Source: Haliotis rubra
Lineage: Eukaryota
Length of the DNA: 64,000 nt
NCBI RefSeq assembly: GCF_003918875.1
Contig: NW_025766558.1
Span: forward strand, 2,976,001-3,040,000
Direction of reading: 5' to 3'
In this document: piece by piece, positions 41,246-53,550 of the stretch
Layout of the letters: every line of letters begins with the position of its first letter
How positions within the stretch are numbered: the first letter of the stretch is position 1
Notes under the pieces: generated by a model
Told to the model about the DNA's origin: nothing
The model's database searches: none
Seen by the model: the letters and a program-made list of their open reading frames with translations, nothing else
Translations under genes and position numbers: made by a program

Positions 41246-43422
41246 GAGGGAAGGAGGTTGGTAGGACAGGAGAAGATAATGAGAGAGATATGGGTTGTAC
41301 GTATTCAACGCTTCAGTCTGCAAATATTTGATGGCTTTCATTTCATCTGTTTTTCTCTGTACTGGAAATAGGCAACACCACTAGGGATTATATCTTATGG
41401 CCTCTCCTGTTCTGGTCCCTGTATATGGGTTGTATTGAAAGTGTTAATCCAGGGCCTGTAATGTGAGACCTGTAAATATGCTTGTATCAGCTTTGATATT
41501 AATGTTTATGTTCATGAATGTGCTTTTATTGAGAACATTAATATATCAGGCAGTTTACTCTCAGTGATCATATAAATACATCTCGTTAAGAAACAGTTAA
41601 CACACTAACCCAGTATGAAATCCGAGATATCTTGACTAAATATATAGGGACAGGGAGCTGTTCAAGCAGACAGGGTAATAAATATTACGGTAATGGTCTA
41701 ATGGGTGTTGTCCCCACTTTGTGAGAGGTCCATGAAGATGCTCCATTAATGTGGGATTCTCCACATTCTCTGCGTATTTAGAGAGCTGATTAATCTTGGA
41801 AGGGAGCAGTAATGTCCAGGTATCGTGTGCCATCGGGGATCTAATTACACAATGTCAACACTGATGTAACTCATTCCAACCCCCTCCCTAAGCCGACAGG
41901 TGAGATGTGGTACCTGTAAACTTGCACAGGTGTGCAGCAGGAGTTGGTTTGTGGTGGACATTTCTGGATGCTGGAAGTGTTGTCTTCTTACACTTGACAT
42001 TATATTACCAACTTGTTTCATCTGCGGCAGTGGGGAAACTGCTTAAAGGTAAGTGTCAGCTTGTCTCACAGAAGGACGAAGTTTGATTCCACCGAGGAGA
42101 CTTGTGTGATACTTTAGGACCAACAGACCCTAGCCATCTTATTCACCCACTAACTGCTGCTTCAAATTAGTCGTGTGCATTTTACAAAGCTAGAAATGTC
42201 AGAGGTGTCTATCCAACATTTCGGTCTGCTACACCGTTGCAGTGATGAAGTATTTTGTTTTGGTGATTGTGACATGTGTCCCAGGGCACAATATGGTGCT
42301 CACTCCTACCTCACACATCATGAGTAGGAAGTCCCAGATGTATTGCGTGAAGCAGTAACGTAGACAGGTGTGACAGAAAGTGATGCCATCGTTATTCATC
42401 GGGAGCATTACAGGTGTGGTGGACAGGTGTAATTGACATAAGTGGTCTAATGACTGATGTGGGCTGTTTATTGATTTACTGCTGCATACAGTGACTGCTT
42501 TTTATATGTCAACCACAGGCAACTTTCATGCTGTATTTTATTAAATTGTATTTTATCAACATAAAGAAATAAGAAGATAAATTTCTGATACATTTCCTTA
42601 TAAATTTGGAGTTATGAAATCTCATTAATAGAAATATCTCTCTTACAAAAATCTATGAAACATTTGATTATGTATCTACATATTAATGTCATTTATTTAA
42701 ACTTTCATAATTGTGTATGGACACCTGTATCTATTACCAATAGCTTGACATGAGTACTTTGAGGTGAAAATGAAACAAAAATATAATTTTAATTTTAATT
42801 TTTAATAACTATTCACCACTTTGTAGTATTTTTTTAAAATTGATGGTGTAAAGATGTTTCGTTGAGGAGAGACATCTACAGGGGAAAGTGTCCCAAGTGT
42901 ACCCTTAATGCAAAGTCTGACTGGATATATTTGGAATGTAGGAGAGGCCTCCATTCATCACAGTGTCAAGCAGCCATAATCTCGCGTTCTCATGGGGTGT
43001 CAGGCAGGGAGACTTCCTGACTCGGTGTGTTTTCATACAAACATCGTTCATGTGATGCATTATGTAAACACATAGCCCTGTAGGGCTCTGCAATGTCATT
43101 CAAGTCACAGGTAACTTTTTGACTCACTGGTTTGCTGTAAATAAAGTGGAATAATCATGTTACGTTTATGTAATCTGATATTTGTATGTGACTCTGTTTT
43201 AGTTTTCATGGTCTCTCACAGCATGGTCCCATGGTGTGTAAACATCATGTTACCTTTGGTAAATAGTGAGTGATCAATCTTCTGATCACTTCACTCTATT
43301 CGTGCCACAGATGTTATGCACAATGTAAATTAAATATCAGGTAATATTAAAGAAATGCATTATGTATCCTTCGGCAGTAATTATGAGAATAGGTTTTGCA
43401 CATGTATTATGTCTGAACTAAC

Positions 43423-43587
43423 GGGGCGGTGGGGTAGCCTAATGGTTAAAGCGTTGGCTCGTCACGCCGAAGACCCGGGTTCGAATCCCCACATGGGTAC
43501 AATGTGTGAAGCTCATTTCTGGTGTTCCCCGCCGTGATGTTGCTGGAATATTGCTAAAAGCGGCGTAAAACCAAACTCAGTCAGTCA
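43423..43587 (+). mobile_element. SINE family 1, (AGTC)n-tail variant
   Basis: TSD GTCTGAACTAAC. Confidence 0.9.
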
Positions 43588-44919
43588 GTCTGAACTAACC
43601 CACATCAAATCAAGATTCATTCTTATGTACTGCCTTAAGAAGTTATAAACAACAGATAAGCAACAGCAATAGGGAAGAAAAAGATGGTCCTTAATTGATT
43701 TGAGAAGGTTGTGCATTATACACCACAAATTATGGCATATATTCTTTGTATGAACAAGATTGTATTTTGATGAGAATTACTTGACACAGTTGTAACCCAC
43801 TGCTTGGTTGTGCAAGTGCTGCTGTCAGCCAACAGTCCATCCCGTACAGCAGGCATCTTAGCATGTCTACAGCAATAAAAAAAATTTAGATATAGATGTG
43901 ATCTTGCTTCTAGTATGCACGGCTTATTAGCTCAAGTGCCATTTTTGTTGTTGAGGATAAGTAAGAAATCTGGTATTTGTCTTGAGGTTAGCTACGATTA
44001 AGTAAACACTGAGATGTGTAATTATAGATCTGGATTACGCAGACCCTGTCAATTCAGTTGTGAAATGTCCGTAACTTGCTGAGCTGGGATTATTTCTGAG
44101 AATTATCTACAATGGCTTCTGTCAAATGTGTTGAATATTTACCTGTGAGGTCTTGTGATGGAGCAGTTCTAACATTTGAAGGGGTAGGGGTCATCATGTC
44201 ATTAAAGATTACCCCAGTTAGCTGTGCAATTGCATACTTTAGTCAAGAAGTCTATCGTATGTTCAAATCAAGGTTTACTTCATTGTATTTCTAAGTTCGT
44301 CAGCACCATATCTGGGTTCGTGTTTCACCAAATTCGTAAATTCGTAAAGCTATGTAGTCCCTGATATAGGTGGGATTAAACCCTGAACACTCTCTCACTC
44401 TGACAGGTGAGGGTTTTTGTTGATGATGAGGATGTTGTTTGGTGCTCATTTTGTTAAATGGAAATAAAACTTTTAATAAGAATATTGTTATTTCATCTGC
44501 AGGAAATATATTAGATCATGAACCTAATGTCTCTAAATCATAGAACCGTGTGTCACTTTAACAGGTGACATGTTTCTTTGTGAACTAGCTAAAAATGTCC
44601 ATGCCTCAGGGTGTTCAAAACGCTACCTCTCTCACGGGACAAGAAACAGACCCTCAAGAAATGTATGTGACAGTTTAAAAATGGCCACACACGAGACGCA
44701 TTAATCAGGAATAACTTGAGCTTCAGTAACTCTCTAAACCTATACAGGTATCTAATTGAATGTGACTCTCTACTGTTGATGATACAGCTTAGATTGGTGG
44801 CCAGATGTTTGATGGGGTGTGTAGGGTAAAAATGTTCATGGTTGGAGGGCTTCAATTTATCTCCATGCCTGATGTCCCACATAGGCTGAGATTGAAGGGC
44901 TACTGGGTCTACACAGAAC

Positions 44920-46515
44920 TCTATCCAGGGGTGGTGATATGGGTCCATCCAGGGTTGTTGATATCGAGTCCATCCAGGGTTGTTGATATTGAGTCCATCC
45001 AGGGTTGTTGATATTGGGTCCATCTAAGGTTGTTGATATTGAGTCCATCCAGGGTTGTTGATATTGGGTCCACCCAGGGTTGTTGATATTGAATCGATCC
45101 AGGGGTGGTGATATTGAGTCCATCCAGGGGTGGTGATATCAGATCCATCCTGGCTTGTTGATATCAGGTGTGTACAGGGTTGCCTTCCATCAGAACATCT
45201 CAGGGATGACAGCCATTGGTCGACTCATGGCTTGCTAGTCATTGGACCGATCTATGAATGTCTATTGGAATTTTGAATCGGTTGATATCAGCCATCACGG
45301 ATTTGGGTCCATCAAAGGGTTATCGCTATTGATCCACCTTAGGTTGTTGTCAGACATGGAATCCATCCAGGGTTGTTGATATATCGCTAGATCCACCTTA
45401 GGTTGTCAGACATGGTGTCCAGATGGGGTTGTTATAGCAAGATCCACCTTAGGTTGTCCACCCAGGGTTGTTGACATGGTGTCCAGATGGGGTTGTTATA
45501 GCAAGATCCACCTTAGGTTGTCAGACATGGTGTCCAGATGGGGTTGTTATAGCTAGATCCACCTTAGGCTGTCAGACATCGTGTCCAGATGGGGTTGTTA
45601 TCGCTAGATCCACCTTAGGTTGTCAGACATGGTGTCCAGATGGGGTTGTTATCGCTAGATCCACCTTAGGTTGTCAGACATGGTGTCCAAATGGGGTTGT
45701 TATCGCTAGATCCACCTTAGGTTGTCAGACATGGTGTCCAGATGGGGTTGTTATAGCTAGATCCACCTTAGGTTGTCAGACATGGTGTCCAAATGGGGTT
45801 GTTATCGCTAGATCCACCTTAGGTTGTCAGACATGGTGTCCAGATGGGGTTGTTATAGCTAGACCACCCTAGTTGTGGGACAAGGGGTCCAACCAGGGTT
45901 ATCATTATGTCCAACCTAGGTAGTCAGACATGGTGTCCAACCAGGGTTATCATTATGTCCAACCTAGGTAGTCAGACATGGTGTCCAACCAGGGTTATCA
46001 TTATGTCCAACCTAGGTAGTCAGACATGGTGTCCAACCAGGGTTATCATTATGTCCAACCTAGGTAGTCAGACAAGGGGCCAACCAGGGTTATCATTATG
46101 TCCAACCTAGGTAGTCAGACAAGGGGTGTCCAACCAGGGTTATCATTATGTCCAACCTAGGTAGTCAGACAAGGGGCCAACCAGGGTTATCATTATGTCC
46201 AACCTAGGTAGTCAGACAAGGGGCCAACCAGGGTTATCATTATGTCCAACCTAGGTAGTCAGAACAGGGGCCAACCAGGGTTATCATTATGTCCAACCTA
46301 GGTAGTCAGACATGGTGTCCAACCAGGGTTATCATTATGTAGTGACATCCAACCTAGGTAGTCAGACATGGTGTCCAACCAGGGTTATCATTATGTCCAA
46401 CCTAGGTAGTCAGACATGGTGTCCACCTAGGGTTGTTAATGCTAGGTCCACCAAGGTTTATCAGTCATTGGATCCACCCAGGGTTGGCAGTGTCTGGATC
46501 CACCCAGGGTTGGAT
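44920..46515. repeat. Composite satellite: related 25-bp, 51-bp and 48-bp blocks
   Basis: (ccatccagggttgttgatattgagt)n at 44920-45170, a 51-bp unit at 45390-45875, and a 48-bp unit at 45885-46430. Confidence 0.93.
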
Positions 46516-47481
46516 CTGCTCAGATCTATGATGACCAGTTAATGTAGGTGTACTCACTTTCCAATTGGTTCGTTCTGCATTGATGCTTGGAAATATTGAA
46601 TCTGCTTGTGAAGCAGTGAAGCATGCTGTTGTACACAAGGCTGTCAGTGTTGGGTGGGACCTCCAGCCAGGTCTGTCCACAGAGGCAGACAAGGAGGAGA
46701 AATTGGGCAGTGGGGGGAGCCATCACAGATTGAAGTCTAACTATAGGTGTACACATCACGCTCCACAAGCAGCGCTTATCTTGATAATGGTTAAGAAATT
46801 GTGGTTTTAGCATTGTCAACTTTCATCACAGAAGACCATCCATTCGTGTAAAATAACCTGACCTCTGTGACCTTGACCTATGGAAATGATCATCCAGATT
46901 TATCAAGTGTAACCTTCAAGTCAAGGTTTACGTTTGATGTATGCAAAGTGTCTTCATTTTTATTGCACAGTATACAATACATGCATAAGAGGAGAACGTT
47001 ATTCATGGCCCGAGAGCAGTTTACTGGCCTAGAGGGTTATACAAATTGATCATCTCCCATCACTGATGTGACTCACAGCATCAGCATTCACTCATATGAA
47101 CTTCAAGAACTGGGATGTTTATAATGTGTGATAATGTTTTGATATACTTCGGGTGTTACAGAGCAAAGTGTTGTATATATTTGTGTGTTATAATATTTTT
47201 CAGGTCTTTTCTGCTTCTTTCTTTTTTATATTTTATTTTTTCATCATTGCATTGGCTGTTCTTATTCTGTGCTCATTGATTGCTCCATCCTATACGTCTG
47301 AACAGTTTGTTATGTGCTTGATTTCCTCATGTCCCTGAGTACAGCATCTTCCCTGTACTGTGTTTCTGTACTCAATACAGCATTGCAGAATTTCTGATTG
47401 TAGTTCTTGCCTTTGAGCTCATGGATTGTTCTTTCTTGAAATTTGAACTGAATGCTAAGTGAGGAGTTTTTGTTGTTTCAG

Positions 47482-47596
47482 GACCTGTCTCTGGCCACCA
47501 TGTCCACTGACGATGTTCCTAAGTGGGTGTCACAGTGGGCTGCCTTGGCGAAGCAGCGAGCATTGAAGAAATCTCAGAGTCTAGATCTGGAGGAAG
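47482..47596 (+). CDS. CEP170: CEP170-like exon 5 in window (absent from the ORF track)
   Basis: Acceptor ttgttgtttcag|, donor GAAG|gttggt, phase 0 to 1. Encodes DLSLATMSTDDVPKWVSQWAALAKQRALKKSQSLDLEE, containing the CEP170 KWVSQWA motif. Confidence 0.88.
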
Positions 47597-48366
47597 GTTG
47601 GTTCTGTCAGAATGATCAGTCTTAGGAAATAGCCTTTTTTATAAGTTTGTCAAGAAAAATCCTAAGTTTGTTTAGAAATAAAATTTTTGGATGAATGTTT
47701 TACTAACATTTCCTTTAGTCCTGTTGAGAAAGTTAATTGTGGTCTTCGAAAATAGAAGTTTGAGCTTCAGTAAACAAATAAATCTCAAGCTTAGTCAGTG
47801 TTCTTTCTTTTTTCATAATTTTTTCAAATTCAGGTTTTATTTCGAATAGGGAATGTGTTATGAAAGGAAGCAGATTCTGCTTCACCGCTGGATGCCTGCT
47901 GTGAACACTGTAGAGTTTCCAGCTTGTTATTACATCCTAGCAATAAGCCTATCAATAGCTCACACCCACCAAGGGTTTACTGGTTACACAATCATGGGAA
48001 CTTCTCTAAACCTGCTCTGAATCTTTCTTACATTACCTATATCCCCTTTGTCCATAGATAAGTATACCCTAAGCTTTTCAATATTATTCTTGAAACAACT
48101 TTTGTTTTGATGAACATAGTATTCAAGTGCTGGTGAAGACATTAAAGGTTTATTCTATAATGTGGATGGGTAGTGACTGTAGAGCTCACAATACTCACAT
48201 CTATTCACTTTGTCCCTGTTCATATGAAGTCAGTGGGGTGCAAGCAGAGTACACTCATCCAGAAGCCACTGACAATGAGATGCTTCACTTGAGCAATCAA
48301 ACGTGAATCCCTGTGTGCCCTATTCAACTGTCACTGATCTGCAAGCATGTAATTTACCTTTTTCAG

Positions 48367-50111
48367 GTCATAACAGTATGAAAGATGTGGGCTCCCAGAA
48401 GCCACCTAATGGGCGTGAGCGGCCGGGCACAGGAAGGAAGCTGCCCTCTATACCCACTGACCAGAGTCCCTGTAGCAGTGATAATAGCCCTCGGATCGGG
48501 GAGCTGAGTCCACGGTCGGGAGATGTTACCCCACGACAAGAGGACCCACTCACACTGTGGCCCCTGGATTCAAAACAAAAATCTGTGACTATTTCTAGTC
48601 AAGTAGTAACCCACTACGAGGAGACCAACGGTGACTCGTCGGCTCGTGGTCGGAGTGGAAGTGGGTCGGACATGAGCGGGGATACCACCCAGAGGACAGA
48701 TAGTCCTGCCTCTGATTCTGCCCCGACAAACACCAGCATGGATACAGAGGTGTTGTTGAGGGATACTGTGACTGTGATGGCAGCCATGGAGGCTCGAATG
48801 GCTAACAGAGAGACTATGAATGGCTATTGTCAGAATGACACAGCTGGGGATTCAGACTCTGACAGCCTTGTGGCAATGGTTAATGGTGATGACAAGTTTG
48901 TGAAACCAACAGCATTTTCAAGCCCAAGGGACAATCTAGGGAAGAGGTCAACACCTAAACATGTTTTAACATCCACACCTAAAAAACCTGCTTTAAGTAA
49001 ATCTCTCTCTGTGAGTAGGGACCAAAATGTTAGTAAAACTACCAAACCCAGAAGCTACAGTTTAGACACTTCAGGAGTGTCAGACGTTTATAGTGAATCT
49101 TCTGAACTGGGAGACTCGGAAAGTTATCGTTCTGATGTCAGTTCAGACAATATGGGAAGTTCTGCCAAGAAAGAAGCCAAAAAGGGTGTGATTACCAACA
49201 CGAAGCCGAACAGAGCATTTGCTCTGAGACGGGCCAAAGCTGATGGCCCAGAGGAGACTCCCAGGACAAACAGGAGCAGAAGCTCTACAGGGAGTACACC
49301 CAGAGGATCCACCAACCGTACTGCCAGTTCGTCGAGAGTGCACACAGCCTCAAGTGTGGCCAGGTCCACTGCATCCAGCACGGCCAAGTCCTCTGTGCGG
49401 TCCAAGTCTGGGATGTCAGGGAGGTTCGATTCTGGCAAGAGTGAGGTCAGCCTAGGAGCTGAGATAGTCAAAAAGAGCAGGGAAAATATCAAATCATCTT
49501 CTCCAAACTTTGATAGGAAAGATGGTGGTAGGCATAGTTTGCGATCGGGGTACAAGACCAATTCTCAAAAGACACTGTCTGTTTTCAACCCTGTTGAAGC
49601 TGCAAGGAGGAATGAACTGAAGGTTCTGAAGTCCCAGTTAAAGAAGACAGATGGATCTCGGGGACTGTCTGTTTCTGGCCACAGTGCTCGAAGCCAGTCT
49701 CAGCCAGGAAGTCGCTCCAACTCACCAAAAGCTGCAGAACGGCTTGCCTGGAAACGGAGGAAGGAGTATGACCCACGTAAAGCAGTTGCCTCTGCTAAGG
49801 CAAAAGCTAAAGATGTACCTAAATCAAAACCACTGCCATCAAATCAGTCAACTCTGGCTAAGAAGCGGATGTATAGATCAGCTTCATTTACCAACTCTGC
49901 AGAACTCTCTGGCCGAAGTAGTGATACCTATAGAAATGGCTCCATTTCAAGTGTGGAAGATCTCAGTTTGACCACAAGTGAAGCCACGGACAGCTTCGAT
50001 GAGCAGGGTCTCCCACGGGCATTCATTCCCCTGTCTGGGCCTCTACGTCGAGACCGGATCTCTCACAGTGCTGACGAGGACGATACTAGTCTCTCGGTAC
50101 ATTCATCTCAG
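48367..50111 (+). CDS. CEP170: CEP170-like exon 6 in window (large Ser/Arg/Lys-rich, putative microtubule-binding region)
   Basis: Within the 623-aa ORF 48303-50174. Acceptor ccttttcag|, donor CAG|gtgagt, phase 1 to 0. Motifs RKLPSIP, LLRDTVTVMAAMEARM, NRAFALRRAK. Confidence 0.92.
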
Positions 50112-51380
50112 GTGAGTAGTGTTCCCAGCATGTGTATAGCAGTGTTGTCAGTGACCCTCTTCTATGTTGTATAGCTGCATCTTGAGTTTCATTAATGCAC
50201 CCTAGTTTTACACTAACATTAACTTCACATCATAAACATAAAGGGGTATGGTGGTTTCACAAAACTCTAGCCATATCACATTAGGCACAATGAAAAACCA
50301 TAATTCGTACCCATGTTGAGAATTAAACCATTGTTCTTCATCAACACCGTTATCACTAGCCTTCCCTGCATCCTGAGACTAATAGGGCATAATAGCAGCA
50401 TGATGAGCATGGGAATATCCTTAACAGACCCTTAACTTGTCATAATGGACGCAAAATCTTTCATATCTAACATGAAACGTGTTAGCTTTTGTCCATTATC
50501 CTAACTTCGTCTTCTGTCCATATGTAATGAGGAAGAATGTCTTTAAATAATAACAAGGTTTGCATCCAGCAATAGGACAGTTGTTTGAAATTTATATACA
50601 ATCCCTGTTTGTTAAACCAGTCTGTTAATAGTTTATTATGCTCTAACATTCACTGATTATGACTGAATTTCTCATCTTCTGATATACATCTTATTCATTG
50701 ATTATCCAGTGTGCTAGATTTCCTGTCTGTTTTTGGTATCTGTTCTAGACCCTGGAGCTATTTACTGTCATGGCTTCATGTTAAGATTTGCCACTGACAA
50801 CAGCTATTCAATGAGATTAGTTCTTAGATGAATTCTGTGGGTAATGACTTCTCAATCTCAATCTCACTAAATCTGATCACTACCACTGTTCTTCTAGATC
50901 TGTGGAGATACTTTAAGGATCATCTGTTAGACATTCCTGAATTTTCTTTTGTTGAGTTTTCAAATTGTAAATCGAGACCTTAGAACAGTTTAGAAAGCGT
51001 ACAATGAAATGGAAGACACCTATCTAAGACTATTGCTGTAAAGACAGAAAAATGCATTCTGATTGGCTGATGACAACTTTCTGTTTCATTTCATTCACCT
51101 ATCAAAGTGTGTGCGATGTTGTTAGCAAATGGGTCATGGCTATTTTCAATAAGAATTGAGGTATAGGACACTGGATAATTGAGTATGTCAGGATAAATAA
51201 TCAAAGTAAACAATATATCATATTTAGTTTCTTTTTCAAATAAAAGTCCAAAATAGCAATTTGTATTTGAGGTAGTAAAGTATTTTAGTTTTGCACAGTT
51301 ATGTTTTGTTGCACTGGTCGTGTGACCTGCTCCTCCTGCCTCGGTTGCTTCCAGTGTTGTCATGGCCTGTTGTCTTGTAG

Positions 51381-51572
51381 GACATAAGTCGTGGCATGCT
51401 CGGGAGTGCTGTGTACAAATCCGCCTTTACACCACCACCGGCAAAGCTCAAGTCACCGTCAGTGGCGACATCCCCCCTCCCCACCTCCACCCTGTCGTCA
51501 CGGCGACGGACTCTTGATTCCATTGAGTACGAGGAAAACCATTCCAGACTGTCTGGTGGGGACAGTCCACAG
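51381..51572 (+). CDS. CEP170: CEP170-like exon 7 in window
   Basis: Acceptor tgttgtcttgtag|, donor CAG|gtttgt, phase 0 to 0. Encodes DISRGMLGSAVYKSAFTPPPAK...SRRRTLDSIEYEE...DSPQ. Confidence 0.8.
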
Positions 51573-52197
51573 GTTTGTTTTCATAAAATACAGTACTAAC
51601 TGAAAATATGTCCCTGTAGTTGGAAGGAGAGACGTAAGTTTGAGCATATTCATAGGCAGACTGTTTTGCTATATTGAACATTTGGCATGTTTTTTAGTCA
51701 ATTATTTTACCATCACAATTTGACACCAGAATTTTATTAGTATTCTAGTTGATTAAAAAGAGAAAATAGATCATTATAGGAAGGGGAAATAACCCTTTTG
51801 ACTTGTCATGAAAAGAAACAGTTCGGGAAATTACTTCTTGACATATATATTTTATTTCCACCACATTGCACATTTTTTTCTTTAGTTACACAAGGACATA
51901 TTTTCAGAAATTAAATCTACAATACCAGAGGGCCAGCACGTGTATGTTTTGAATGTATGTGTTAACCCTAATATGTCAAAAGAGTCAGTCCCCTGGCAGT
52001 TTATAACCACAATGTTGAATGGTCAGAAAGGTGTTTGTCATTAGTTGTAAATAATTATTAATACACCCCTATAGTCATGTTTCTTGTTTCACATTTGATT
52101 TTATGTCTGAAATCCAGCCTGGATTGTGATTCTGTTCTGGACACCTCAAACCCTTGTGATAAACCTTGACAACTACTCTGTAGATAACATTTATGTC

Positions 52198-52681
52198 TAT
52201 AGTCTGTTTGCAGTGAAAACGTACCGATGAATTTCACTTTAAACAAAAAAGTAAATCAAATAAAGTGAAATTAAGATTGCGAATCCTTATAATTTTACCT
52301 TGCCAAATGAACATTTAAATCTCAGAATTTTATTCAACTTAGGATAAAAGTTGTTTAACAAACGATCATAGATTCAAATCTCTATTATTGGTTTGTATTA
52401 CAAGGGGGTAAGCGCAGTAGATGGAACAGTGAAACAAATGCACATGCGATACTTGATGAGCGTTAAATAGACCAGCCCTACTTGTTCTCGGTGTTTCATC
52501 TAATGTGCATACTCCCTGGTATAATGTTGTCAAGATATAAAATGTACTAAATTCTGAGATTTAAATGTTCATTTGGCAAGGTAAAATTATGAGGATTCGC
52601 AATCTTAATTTCGCTTTAATCGATTTACTTTTTTGTTTAGAGTGAAATTCATCGGTATGTTTTCACTGCAAACAGACTATA
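52198..52681. mobile_element. Long-TIR foldback MITE
   Basis: About 135-bp near-perfect inverted repeats (tatagtctgtttgcagtgaaaac...ctcagaattt and aaattctgag...ttcactgcaaacagactata) with TA/TATA at the ends. Confidence 0.85.
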
Positions 52682-52960
52682 TATAGAGTCAGGGAAATAT
52701 CTCCGAGATTATTTTTTGTATATTTTTGTTGCTACATATAATAAGTTGTATGAAGAAGTTCTGGGCTGTATTCCTTGTGTCCTCGTCATCACGTGCTATA
52801 CAGCCTGTATTCCCTAGTGTCGTGTTGTTACCGCCTGCATGGAGAATAACCTGTGTTTTCTCATCACCTCTCTATTAATGTGTGTGTCCGTCTCGTGGAG
52901 TTCAGTCAGTGTTTGCCTCTCTAGAGTGTCTTGTAGTACTGTCAGTCCTGTGATGTGTGA

Positions 52961-53306
52961 CCGCCTCCGTGGTGTAGTGGTTAGAGCGTCCGCCCGGAGT
53001 GAGGAAGGTCGCGGGTTCGATCCCCGACCGCATCATACCAAAAGACGTTAAAATATGGTACTTGTTGGTCCCTGCCTGGCTCTAGGCATTAATGGGTACA
53101 ACAAGGACTGGTCGGCTCGGAGTCAGTATAATGTGTCTGAGTGGGGTATTCATGCTTCACTGCGGCATGGTATCTCAGTGGGCTAGCACTATAAAACCAG
53201 CTTAAGTCTGGGCTATTACAAGCAGCCGCACATACACATACACACGCATGCACGTCGTCATATGAGCCAAATATTCTCAAGCACGACGTTAAACCCAATT
53301 CCACCA
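52961..53306 (+). mobile_element. tRNA-derived SINE, family 2
   Basis: Full head ccgcctccgtggtgtagtggttagagcg; TSD CCTGTGATGTGTGA. Confidence 0.9.
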
Positions 53307-53326
53307 CCTGTGATGTGTGATGGCGC

Positions 53327-53550
53327 CCATGTGGATCCTATGGTAGAATTGGTCAGTAACTTTGTCACAAGAAACCACTGAAATAGACATGGTGGTCAAG
53401 CTTAGTGACTTGGCTGACGGTCATCGTCACCAAATGTTGTGGGTTGTTGCTCATGTTTTCAGTCACTGGCTTGTCTGGTCCAGACACAGTTATCTCTATG
53501 ACACAGTGATATATCTTCCATATTGCTGACAGCATCATTCATTCAATCAC
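53327..53550 (+). mobile_element. SINE-like element, family 3 (degenerate)
   Basis: Shares gacttggctgac, tgctcatg and tgtctggtccagac with the reverse complement of 4161-4407. Confidence 0.5.

Noticed and set aside
45468-46110. Repetitive Cys-containing ORFs (TWCPDGVVIARSTLGCQ)n and (MSNLGSQTWCPTRVII)n
   Set aside because: The unit lengths are multiples of 3, so open frames arise passively. No splice or start context supports coding.
48368-49971. Antisense and alternate-frame ORFs overlapping the large exon (also at 18579 and 21037)
   Set aside because: Shadow ORFs of a real coding exon.
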